Assembly (NCBI GenBank): GCA_963759805.1
Contig: CAVXAT010000001.1
Span: forward strand, 32,001-96,000
Source of the DNA: an uncultured bacterium
GTDB taxonomy: Bacteria > Babelota > Babeliae > Babelales > RVW-14
Reading direction: 5' to 3'
Length of the DNA stretch: 64,000 nucleotides
This document shows positions 40,630-49,349 of this stretch, piece by piece. The translations under genes and the position numbers were made by a program. Under the pieces are notes generated by a model. It was not told where the DNA came from. It saw only the letters and a list, made by a program, of their open reading frames with translations, and did no database searches. Numbering within the stretch: the first letter of the stretch is position 1; the number at the start of each line of letters is the position of its first letter.

Positions 40630-41868
40630 ATGTTCTGTTTTTGTTTAAAATATACTTTTTACATTATCGCAGGTATTACTTTTTTGGTAGCTGGAATCTT
40701 TGTGTATTTGACTTGGTTTCAACCACCATTCTACTTCCCCAAGCCAACAGGCCAATATGCCGTTGGAATCAAAACTTATCATTGGATTGATGTATCGCGC
40801 CGAGAGATGTTAAATGTTGATCCAGTACATCCTAACCGAGAGCTTATGGTAAGTATCTGGTACCCAGCCCAGGGAACATTGCCAGAGAAGCCCACAAAGC
40901 CATACGTACCCTGCATCCCTTACTTCCAAAAAAATCAAAAAATAGCTTGGTTTTTGGTCAAGCATTCTCACTCTATCTATTCTTACGCCCATCCAGAAAC
41001 TTTTCTAGTAAATGATATATCACAATTTCCGGTTATCATTTTTTCTCATGGCCTTGGATGTACTCGTGATAGCAATATTGCTCAGTGCGAAGAGCTTGCA
41101 AGTAACGGCTACATTGTTGTTGGGATAAGCCATACGTATGATAGTGCTGCTGTTCAGTTCCCTGATGGCCGAATTGTTAGCCAAAATAATATACCAAAAT
41201 CGTTGGACGAAGAAATCGAAACATGGATTTATGATGTGCATTTTGTGCTTAACCAACTTGAACAGCTTGAAAGCAATAAAGATTCTATGTTTTATCGACG
41301 TTTTGATCTAAAAAATATTGGAATGTTTGGACATTCTTATGGTGGTGCAACGGCAATACAAATGTGTCGTCGTGAACCACGCATCAAGGCTGGCGTTAAT
41401 ATGGATGGGAATTTGTATGGCATAGATGGTACAAAAGCTTTTGACAAACCATGTATGTTTATGCTTGCAGCAGAGTCAGTCGAGGTATACGAGCGGGCAT
41501 GGACTCAGACCGATTTGAAAAATTTTGGAATAAAGTCTCAAGATGATGCACAAAAGGAGAAATCAACGTATTTACCTGCCATTGAACAGCTTACACACAT
41601 AAATGGACAGGATATTTATACATTTGTTGTTAAAGATTCAGGGCATTATGTTTTTTGCGATAACGCATTACTGAAAGATGTATCGCCAGTTTCGTATTTT
41701 GTGGGTGACCTTGGAACGGGATCAATTGATGGATTTCGAGCAACAGAAATTGTTAATGCGTATCTTCTAACCTTCTTCAATAAATACCTCAAGGGCCTGC
41801 CATCGGATCTGTTGGATGAAAATGATAAGAAGTATGCAGAGGTTGAAATTAAATATTGGGGAAAATAA
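40630..41868 (+). CDS. PAF-acetylhydrolase-like alpha/beta hydrolase
   Basis: PTGQYAVG, IWYP, FSHGLG, ELASNGY, GHSYGG, NMDG. Confidence 0.8.
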   Translation: MFCFCLKYTFYIIAGITFLVAGIFVYLTWFQPPFYFPKPTGQYAVGIKTYHWIDVSRREMLNVDPVHPNRELMVSIWYPAQGTLPEKPTKPYVPCIPYFQKNQKIAWFLVKHSHSIYSYAHPETFLVNDISQFPVIIFSHGLGCTRDSNIAQCEELASNGYIVVGISHTYDSAAVQFPDGRIVSQNNIPKSLDEEIETWIYDVHFVLNQLEQLESNKDSMFYRRFDLKNIGMFGHSYGGATAIQMCRREPRIKAGVNMDGNLYGIDGTKAFDKPCMFMLAAESVEVYERAWTQTDLKNFGIKSQDDAQKEKSTYLPAIEQLTHINGQDIYTFVVKDSGHYVFCDNALLKDVSPVSYFVGDLGTGSIDGFRATEIVNAYLLTFFNKYLKGLPSDLLDENDKKYAEVEIKYWGK

Positions 41869-41870
41869 AC

Positions 41871-42743
41871 ATGAAAGTTGGATTAAGCACAGTCAGCCTT
41901 TCAACGGCCATCAAATCTGGAGAAATGGATATTCTTCAAGCAATGCAATGGGTAGCGGATAACGGTGGAGAGCATATCGAGATTTGTCCCTCAAATTGTT
42001 TCACTTTAACTCAGAATAATGCGCTAATTGAATCTGTAGTAAATAAGGCAAAAGAGATTAATCTTGAAATTTCCAGTTACACGATAAAAGCAAACTTTCT
42101 TCAGGATAATAATGCTGCTTATGATGCTGAAATTGAACGCATAATTCATGAAGTTGATATTGCAAAAAAGCTTGGAGCCAGCCGAATGCGCCATGATGTT
42201 TGCAACTGGCACGTCGAAAACACCTCCGAAGAACAATTCCAAAAGGATCTTCCAAAACTCGCACATGCTTGCCGTAAAATTGCTGATTACGCAAAACAAT
42301 TCGATATTATAACCAGCGTCGAAAATCATGGACTTTACGTCCAGCATAGCCATAGAATTCGCCAATTAATAGAATCTGTCGACAGGGAAAACTTCAGAAC
42401 CACACTTGATATAGGAAACTTCATCTGCGTGGACGAAGATCCGATTTCTGCTGTAACACAAAATGCCAAGTATGCATCACATGTACATGTTAAAGATTTT
42501 TTGATAAAGCTGCACAATGCTCCATATCCTGGGGAAGGTTGGATAAGAACCCCAGCCGGAAATCACTGGCGTGGTACCATAATTGGTCATGGCAACATAA
42601 ATGTTGCTGAATGTCTTTCAATAATCAAGAAATCAGGTTATGACGGATATATTGCAGTCGAATTTGAGGGAATTGAAGACTGCATAGTTGGTTCACGTAT
42701 TGGAATGGCAAATGCAAAAAGGTTCTGGGTAGATGCAAAATAA
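41871..42743 (+). CDS. Sugar phosphate isomerase/epimerase (xylose-isomerase-like TIM barrel)
   Basis: VENHG, LDIGN, HVHVKD, GYDGYIAVEFEG. Confidence 0.85.
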   Translation: MKVGLSTVSLSTAIKSGEMDILQAMQWVADNGGEHIEICPSNCFTLTQNNALIESVVNKAKEINLEISSYTIKANFLQDNNAAYDAEIERIIHEVDIAKKLGASRMRHDVCNWHVENTSEEQFQKDLPKLAHACRKIADYAKQFDIITSVENHGLYVQHSHRIRQLIESVDRENFRTTLDIGNFICVDEDPISAVTQNAKYASHVHVKDFLIKLHNAPYPGEGWIRTPAGNHWRGTIIGHGNINVAECLSIIKKSGYDGYIAVEFEGIEDCIVGSRIGMANAKRFWVDAK

Positions 42744-42789
42744 GGTCTGATAGCACTTATCATCATTGTATTAATAAACATGAAAATAA

Positions 42790-43935
42790 TTAGCGCTGCA
42801 ATAATAAGTTTTCCATAAACAAGTTAGGTTGATTTTCCAAAAATGCATGCGCTATTTCTTTATAAGCCTCAGCTTGCCACACATGATTACGTCCATGCAG
42901 ATTGTTTGTAAATATGGCAAATTTAGGCGTTTTAACAGCATTCCACAATGTTGCAAATTCTTCTGCATTACAATAACAATCATTTAAGCTTTGAAAAAAT
43001 AATATTGGACAGGTCAATTTTGAAAGATAATAAGATAATGGCAAAGTATGTAAATCCACCCATGCAAGCCATTCAGTTAATTTAAAACCACAAGCCTGAG
43101 TGATTTCCTGATCGGTTAGGCAAGGTAATGGAGAATGTGGAGTTTCGACAGTGCAAAGAAGCGATGGATCTTTAATAATACTCTTTACTACGCGTTCAAG
43201 TGAAGGCCAGCTTCCATCAAAAATCAATTTATCAAAAAGATTTGGCCTTTTTGCGGTTGCCCTGGCAAAAACATAAGATGAGAAGCAAAGACCTAAACCA
43301 AACACATTTCGGTAATTCTTTTGTTGCTTGCACGCATCAATAGCTGCTATGACATCATCTTCTTCCAATGTTCCTATTCCTGACACATTGAAGTCTATTC
43401 CTCGAATTTCCCAAGAGAGTAGCCCCATCCATTTCCAAGGAAGCAAATAAGACACGTCAATACTATGATCAGATCCTATCCCTCGATAATCAAATAATAA
43501 CAAATCGTATGTTGGAAAAATTTTAACAAATGGCAACATGCGTTCACGTTGAACTGGAAATCCAGTACCCAAAACTAAAAGTGTATCGCTTTTGCGATCA
43601 AAAAAAGTACAATGAATTGCTGGCGATGTTTCACATGAAACCGTAAGCGGTTCTCCACTAAGTTCATTCAATTTTTGAAATGCTTTTCGTGGATTTTTTA
43701 TAAAAACAGGATTAAAGCAGTCCGGATCACTACTTTTTAAAGTTTTATTGCATTCATATGCTAATTTTAAAAACGAAAAGTCCAAGGTAAGGCAGCTTTG
43801 CTCATCCTGAATTTCGGATTTAAGAATAAGTTCCTTGCCTAGCAAGTCTTCTGATTGCGGCTTGCCTACCTGCATTGGGTAGCAAATGTCTGCAAATCCT
43901 AACAACAAAATTATCAAAAACCAATTTCTTTTCAT
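42790..43935 (-). CDS. Secreted alpha/beta hydrolase-fold protein
   Basis: FDYRGIG, GLCFS at the nucleophile elbow, ND.YC, HGRNH. Confidence 0.65.
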   Translation of the reverse strand: MKRNWFLIILLLGFADICYPMQVGKPQSEDLLGKELILKSEIQDEQSCLTLDFSFLKLAYECNKTLKSSDPDCFNPVFIKNPRKAFQKLNELSGEPLTVSCETSPAIHCTFFDRKSDTLLVLGTGFPVQRERMLPFVKIFPTYDLLLFDYRGIGSDHSIDVSYLLPWKWMGLLSWEIRGIDFNVSGIGTLEEDDVIAAIDACKQQKNYRNVFGLGLCFSSYVFARATAKRPNLFDKLIFDGSWPSLERVVKSIIKDPSLLCTVETPHSPLPCLTDQEITQACGFKLTEWLAWVDLHTLPLSYYLSKLTCPILFFQSLNDCYCNAEEFATLWNAVKTPKFAIFTNNLHGRNHVWQAEAYKEIAHAFLENQPNLFMENLLLQR

Positions 43936-44178
43936 CGAGGCCTCAGTAATAGCGATAGAAGCAAAACATATTAAATAGATATTAAAAAGCTACACTAACG
44001 CTTGCAAAAAATCAATCGATTGACTGTGTTGGATTTAACGGCATGATGAACGCTTTACGTACCAACCGCCTCTGTATTTTTATTGTAAATAAGCTTTGGC
44101 TTAAGCCACGATAGAGTATGTGGAATTAAGAATTCTTCGGTTCCGGTAAAATCGTTTAACCTAGGGCGTCCTTGTGCG

Positions 44179-44297
44179 AGTTTTAGGCCGTAAATTGTAG
44201 ACTGATGTCTTCTCGATTAATCGCTGGCAGTAAAGCTAAATCTTGTTTCATCCGCTTCCAATTAAAAGTTCGAAGTGGGACCATTTGCTGGAGCCAT
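44179..44297. repeat. att-like arm plus core (junction B/C)
   Basis: 44256-44297 matches 47652-47693 at 38/42 nt; 44179-44274 aligns without gaps to 46525-46620. Confidence 0.8.
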
Positions 44298-44681
44298 TCT
44301 TTGGCAAAGCTGCGTCTGGCATGGGGATTCCAATCATTCTGGTTTTTGTAACAAATTGTCTAGAAATTCTCATTAGTAATTTTCTTATTATTCTCAAGTA
44401 CATTATACAGTGAAATGAAGAACTTCAATGTAGGAATGAATTATGTAACGTTAGCAGTATCATTAGGTAATGCCGATGCACAAGCACTATTAAATGCTCA
44501 AGCAAAATCTATGAAGATAAACGCTGAGAGTATAGCCAAAGGGCTATCCATGCGTTTTACAGTTACGGGTAATGACTAGCAACCCAATGATTTTGAAACG
44601 GCCATTCAAAAAGGAATGGCCTACAATTATAGTGACCCCCATTGTCAAGACAAATTTTTAACTTATATTTCAGAATTTTTA

Positions 44682-45602
44682 TCAGGCCATTTGTATCCCC
44701 ATTGATTTATTTTGTTGAACGATGATTTTGCTATTACATACAAAAGCCAATGATTCGAAAGTAAAATCAGATTGGTCTACTGCAATGATAGCTCCATAGT
44801 AAACTTCATCTGGTTTTTTATATTCGAGTGATTGGTGAAAGCGTTCTCTATTATAAAAGTTGATATAGTTTTTTATAATTAATCGCGTCTCAGCAATGTT
44901 TTCAAGAACATAAAAACACAGTGCTTCATATTTAATAGTTCGCCAGAATCGTTCAATAATGATGTTGTCTGCCCATCGACCTATTCCATCCATACTAATT
45001 TTGATACCTTCTTTTTCTAAACGAGCAACCCATCTTTCACTTGTAAACTGGCACCCTTGATCACTATTTAAAATCTCAGGCTTACCGAGTACGAGAGCCA
45101 TTTCCAATGCTTCAAGACAAACGTCTGTATCGAGATATGGTGACAATGCCCATCCCATAATCTTGCGACTAAAAACATCGATAAGACAAACCAAATAAAC
45201 AAACCCACCTCTTATTTTTACGTATGTGATATCTGTTTTCCAGACTTGGTTTGGGCGGCAAACTCGTAATCCTCTTAAAAGATATTTGTACACCTTGTGT
45301 TCCTTGTTTGGAATGCTAGTTTTTTTATAAGGGGCAACTGCACAAAGACCTGTCAACGTCATTAGCCGCTGTGTTCTTTTAATGTTGTGGTTAAAGCTTT
45401 TTTCGATAAGAACTTCGTGTATTTTTCGATATCCATAAAATGGATGTCTCTCATATTCGTTGCGTATCTCATCCATAATCACCTCGTCTTGGTTGTTGGC
45501 CTTCTTTGGCTTGTAATAAAGGCTACTTCGATTTATACCGAGCAGATCGCATTTTCTGGACAAGTTCAATTTGTTGTTGTGCTCAATCCATTGCTTGCGC
45601 AC
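44682..45602 (-). CDS. IS3 transposase OrfB (DDE)
   Basis: YGYRK, NQVWKTDITY, IDVFSR, NSDQGCQFTS, DNIIIERFW. Confidence 0.92.
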   Translation of the reverse strand: MRKQWIEHNNKLNLSRKCDLLGINRSSLYYKPKKANNQDEVIMDEIRNEYERHPFYGYRKIHEVLIEKSFNHNIKRTQRLMTLTGLCAVAPYKKTSIPNKEHKVYKYLLRGLRVCRPNQVWKTDITYVKIRGGFVYLVCLIDVFSRKIMGWALSPYLDTDVCLEALEMALVLGKPEILNSDQGCQFTSERWVARLEKEGIKISMDGIGRWADNIIIERFWRTIKYEALCFYVLENIAETRLIIKNYINFYNRERFHQSLEYKKPDEVYYGAIIAVDQSDFTFESLAFVCNSKIIVQQNKSMGIQMA

Positions 45603-45610
45603 TTGGATAT

Positions 45611-45889
45611 CTAGCGACTGAGCACTTGTACTAAAAAATTGCGCTCTTCCTTTACTTGTTCAAGGTCTGCCAAAATCTTGTCATATGTTTCTTCTTTTTT
45701 AACTTTTCTTTTGTCTGCAAAAAGTTCGTTGCCATGCTCTTCTAGGTGTTGCTTCCATGCATATGCTTGGCATGTTGAAATATTAAATTCTCTACAGATG
45801 GTATCAACTGATTTGTCGGCCTTTATCATAGCTAAAGCCACCTTAAGTTTAAGCTTGTCATCATGACTTTTTTTCGTGTCATCACTCAT
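45611..45889 (-). CDS. IS3 OrfA (HTH), joined to OrfB by a -1 frameshift
   Basis: KLKVAL...YAWK HTH; T-TTT-TTA slippery site at 45638-45632; OrfB lies in the -1 frame and is open through the site. Confidence 0.8.
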   Translation of the reverse strand: MSDDTKKSHDDKLKLKVALAMIKADKSVDTICREFNISTCQAYAWKQHLEEHGNELFADKRKVKKEETYDKILADLEQVKEERNFLVQVLSR

Positions 45890-45990
45890 GAGAATGCCTT
45901 TCTTGTAAAGCAAATTTTTAGATTTAACATTCTCATGCTAATTCATTATTATTGTCGTTGTACACAGTTTATCCATTTGCGTTTATTGCA

Positions 45991-46266
45991 TTAAAGCGCC
46001 CGCAATAATGACTCACGTTCTACAATAAGCTTGCCTATAATCACATGAAACTTTTCAACATCTAAACTTTTTTTTGCAGCCATTTTTTCACTCGAAAAAA
46101 CTTCAATGCCTCGATCTTCAAGCCGTTTTTTCCATGCATAAATTTGACTTGTCGCTAATGCAAATTCTTGGCATAATTCAGCTATTGGCCTATCAGCCTT
46201 TATAGCTGCCAATGCAACTTTTAGTTTAAATTTGTTGCTGTGGGTTCTGCTTACTTTGTTACTCAT
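45991..46266 (-). CDS. Second IS3 OrfA-like HTH protein
   Basis: FKLKVALAAIK...IYAWKK...IGKLIVER. Confidence 0.75.
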   Translation of the reverse strand: MSNKVSRTHSNKFKLKVALAAIKADRPIAELCQEFALATSQIYAWKKRLEDRGIEVFSSEKMAAKKSLDVEKFHVIIGKLIVERESLLRAL

Positions 46267-46524
46267 TTAATGCCCCCCGGGCTCATTGTTATAACTAATA
46301 TTTTTAAAGTACTTATTTTCTCAAGTTGCACTGTCTAGTTTTATGGGGTCAGTATAAATCTCAAATAAAAGGTCCTTTATTTTTCAACAATACCTCAGAA
46401 AACTTTTTCTGGGGTATTGTGTTGTTGAGCTTCTTATCTAAGTTGTCGTTGATTAATTTTCAATCTATACCACAAAATTATCAATCCAACCCAAGAATCG
46501 TTTATTCTTGCCCATCCTGATGTA

Positions 46525-46620
46525 AGTTTTAAGCCAAGATTTGTAGGCGGCTGTCTTCTCGATTAATCATTGGCAATAAAACTAAATCTTGTTTCATTCT
46601 TTTCTAATTAAAAGTTCGAA
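46525..46620. repeat. Degenerate copy of the att-arm/integrase-tail sequence
   Basis: Ungapped 96-bp similarity to 44179-44274; lacks the GGAGCCAT core. Confidence 0.75.
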
Positions 46621-46650
46621 TGTACAAAATTTATTATACCAGATTTTACG

Positions 46651-47445
46651 TTATTTATTTTTCGATAGATCAAGGCTCTTGAACACATAATCCCAAATTT
46701 TATCATTACCTGTCCACACAATTTCTGTAGGAGGCGTGTAATAAAAATTTAAAACATTTTTTAGATTCCATGGACTACTGCATTCAATTCCCTCATCGAT
46801 AGCAATCAATGTGTATTTTGTTGTTTTAAAAAACTTTTCCATCATTAAGCAAAAGCTTTGTGCTTGTTTTTTTGTTATATTTTTCCTAAAAAAATAAATA
46901 TGTTTTTTAGCTTGTAATGCAGAATAAAAACGTGCTATTCTTCGATCATATTTTTCTTTTACTTCAGCAAATTCATCTACAATATTTTTTTCTTTGTCAA
47001 AATCATGAACGAATTCTAATGCAAAATTTTTATTGCTTACAATATGGGTTGATCCACTAGAATCTACAATTTGTAATGCATCTATTTTTAAAAAATCTTT
47101 AAATTTATTTTCTATCAAATTAATAACAAGGTCAAAATCATATGATTTCATCCAATCAAAAGGGAAAAAACCATTATTAAGGCCTGTATGTTGAATCTGA
47201 TGAGCAACTTCACAATTTTGACCAAGACTTATCAAAATGAATTTATTTGGAAAAATATCTTTTTTATCAGTTAGGGTTCTTAAATTATTCTGATTTTCAA
47301 GCTTAAGATATAAAAGTTTTTGCTCGTTTAAAGATTGGTCTTGAGATAAATTTTGAACATTATCTCCATATAATGAAAAGTTAACCAAGATGATTAAAAA
47401 CATAAATTTGAAGTTAACCAACTCCAATGGTTCCCATTTCTTCAT
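46651..47445 (-). CDS. DUF1796-like putative papain-like cysteine peptidase
   Basis: ISLG.NC, PFDW, F.HDF, KY.RRI.RF; start after AGGAG. Confidence 0.7.
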   Translation of the reverse strand: MKKWEPLELVNFKFMFLIILVNFSLYGDNVQNLSQDQSLNEQKLLYLKLENQNNLRTLTDKKDIFPNKFILISLGQNCEVAHQIQHTGLNNGFFPFDWMKSYDFDLVINLIENKFKDFLKIDALQIVDSSGSTHIVSNKNFALEFVHDFDKEKNIVDEFAEVKEKYDRRIARFYSALQAKKHIYFFRKNITKKQAQSFCLMMEKFFKTTKYTLIAIDEGIECSSPWNLKNVLNFYYTPPTEIVWTGNDKIWDYVFKSLDLSKNK

Positions 47446-47651
47446 ACCGACTCTCCTTCTAAAATGGGTTGTGAATAAATTATTGAACCCCAATGCATTT
47501 ATGAATAAATACTCAATGCTTTAATGAATTGTTAGTAATCATATAATTTTTCAATTATAATTTGCAACTTCAACAGATATTTAATTGTGTAATACCGTTG
47601 TTATCGATAATTTGAGTTAGTGTAAATGTAGGAATATTATTTTGTAGATTT

Positions 47652-47693
47652 TTCCAATTAAAAGTTCGAAGTGGGGCCATGTTGTGGAGCCAT
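47652..47693. repeat. Putative outermost attR of the tRNA-Asn island
   Basis: ttccaattaaaagttcgaagtggggccatgttgtGGAGCCAT, followed directly by a REP of the type that follows the other tRNAs. Confidence 0.75.
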
Positions 47694-47774
47694 CCTACGC
47701 TCTGCGCCCGTCGGGCTTGTAACTTCCAGCCTTCGCCCGATGTGGCTACGGCGGACAAGACGGATGGCAGGCCA
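47689..47774 (+). repeat. Nested REP-like hairpin element
   Basis: Outer gccatcctacgc...acggatggcaggcca, inner gccttcgcc...ggctacggcggacaag. Confidence 0.65.
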
Positions 47775-48051
47775 TCTTTTTTTAGGGATTATCTATGACT
47801 TTGCTCGATGACATTATTCAATCTTATTGCAAGGATTCGAAATCATCAAATTTATAAATTTACATTTTTGTTCAGCATTTTTGTTCTTTGAACAATCCAG
47901 AGGCTCTTTTTGCGAGTTTTAGGATTAAATTGGCGTACTCTGGCGATAAGTAGAGCCATTTTAGCAAATTTTTAGCAAATCTGGACAAATCCGATATTGC
48001 ATGTAGAATTTGTCCAATAGCCTTTAAACCCCAGCTAATTGGAGATTTAAG

Positions 48052-49221
48052 ATGATAAAACGTGAACTTTCGGAAGATATTTTAAGTGGAGCGCGTTATT
48101 TTCCTGTTGTTGGCATTCTAGGGCCAAGGCAGTCTGGCAAAACAACCCTTGCCAGGGAATTATTCAAGAATCACGCCTATCTTTCACTTGAAGATTTAGA
48201 TTTACGAGCAACGGCAAAGAATGATCCAAGAACATTTTTATTGGCTAATCGTAATGAACATGGCATCATTATAGATGAATTTCAGTACGTACCCGAACTT
48301 CTGTCATACATTCAAACAACTGTAGACCAAGATAAGAAGTCTGGATATTTCATATTAACCGGTTCTCAAAATTTTTTGATGAATGCAGCAATTACACAAT
48401 CTTTGGCTGGAAGAATTTCACTCCACACTCTTTTGCCGTTATCAATTTCAGAGCTCAAGCAGAGTAACCATCTGCCGTCTGAAATTGAGCCCATGCTTTA
48501 CCAGGGCTGCTATCCAGCAATTTATTCAGAAAATATACCGCCAGAAAAGCTCTATAAAAACTATTTGAAAACATACATAGAACGTGATGTTCGACAACTT
48601 ACAAATATTGGTGATTTGACGACGTTTCAAACATTTATCAAATTGTGCGCAGCACGTGTTGGTCAACTGATCAATCTTACGGTATTGGGCAATGATGCTG
48701 GTGTGAGTGATGTTACGGTCAAGCGTTGGCTCAGTATTTTGGAAGCAAGCTACATTGCTTTTCGCGTACACCCTTATAATAAAAGTCTTGGTAAACGTAT
48801 AGTCAAAACGGCTAAGCTTTATTTTTATGACCCGGGCCTTGTTTGTTATCTTCTTCAGATTCAACAGGAAGATTTGGCAAGTCATCCGAACAAAGGCAAT
48901 ATTTTTGAGTCGTTTATTATCTCTGATATTCTCAAACATTATTACAATCAAGGCATTGATCCACAAGTATACTTTTGGCGTGATAAAACAGAAAATGAGG
49001 TTGATTGCATTATACAAGATGGGCAAAAGCTTATACCAATAGAGATCAAGGCTGGCAGAACGTTTAATACACGTTTTCTTGATGGCCTCAATTATTGGGA
49101 TGCCTTGGCACATGAAAAAAGCACACAAGGCTATATTGTTTTTGGAGGTTCATCACAACAAGCGCGCCCTCATAGGGCTCTTGTAAGTTGGCAATCGATT
49201 GACGAGCTATTCAAGAAATAG
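48052..49221 (+). CDS. AAA_14 ATPase with DUF4143 domain
   Basis: GPRQSGKT, IIDEFQ, TGS, SLAGR, KLYFYDPG, EVD...IEIK. Confidence 0.88.
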   Translation: MIKRELSEDILSGARYFPVVGILGPRQSGKTTLARELFKNHAYLSLEDLDLRATAKNDPRTFLLANRNEHGIIIDEFQYVPELLSYIQTTVDQDKKSGYFILTGSQNFLMNAAITQSLAGRISLHTLLPLSISELKQSNHLPSEIEPMLYQGCYPAIYSENIPPEKLYKNYLKTYIERDVRQLTNIGDLTTFQTFIKLCAARVGQLINLTVLGNDAGVSDVTVKRWLSILEASYIAFRVHPYNKSLGKRIVKTAKLYFYDPGLVCYLLQIQQEDLASHPNKGNIFESFIISDILKHYYNQGIDPQVYFWRDKTENEVDCIIQDGQKLIPIEIKAGRTFNTRFLDGLNYWDALAHEKSTQGYIVFGGSSQQARPHRALVSWQSIDELFKK

Positions 49222-49270
49222 ATCTTTTTGGCCCTGTGAAAAAATGTTTTTCCATCCAACATATTTTGTT

Positions 49271-49299
49271 TTGACAGTCTATTTAACTGGTGCTATCCT
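49271..49299 (+). promoter_or_regulatory. Putative sigma70 promoter
   Basis: TTGACA-17 bp-TATCCT with extended -10 TG. Confidence 0.55.
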
Positions 49300-49349
49300 G
49301 ACAAAAATGTTATTTTTTAAAAAAAGTTTGATTAGAGTAGACTGGTAAA

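Larger units (their letters stand above)
44628..46356 (-). mobile_element. IS3-family element with two OrfA genes (1729 bp)
   Basis: Imperfect TIRs tatagtgacccc / ggggtcagtata; 3-bp TSD AAT (44625-44627, 46357-46359). Confidence 0.8.
20793..47693. mobile_element. Tandem genomic island at tRNA-Asn 3' end (A 20793-31221, B 31214-44297, remnant C 44290-47693)
   Basis: Core GGAGCCAT at 20793, 31214, 44290 and 47686; LSR genes end at the first two cores; replication, toxin-antitoxin and cargo genes lie between. Confidence 0.75.

Noticed and set aside
44414..44579. Short ORF left of the IS3 element
   Set aside because: Under 60 codons, no recognisable motif, and no convincing continuation beyond the IS.
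47570..47758. 62-aa ORF as a standalone gene
   Set aside because: Its 5' third is REP sequence; the remainder is better explained as an orphan integrase tail.
47911..47932. tgcgagttttagg match to 44175-44187
   Set aside because: Only 13 bp with weak extension; too short to call another att arm.
48526..49128. 200-aa antisense ORF and the many similar shadow ORFs in the track
   Set aside because: They fully overlap well-supported genes on the opposite strand or in another frame and have no motifs.
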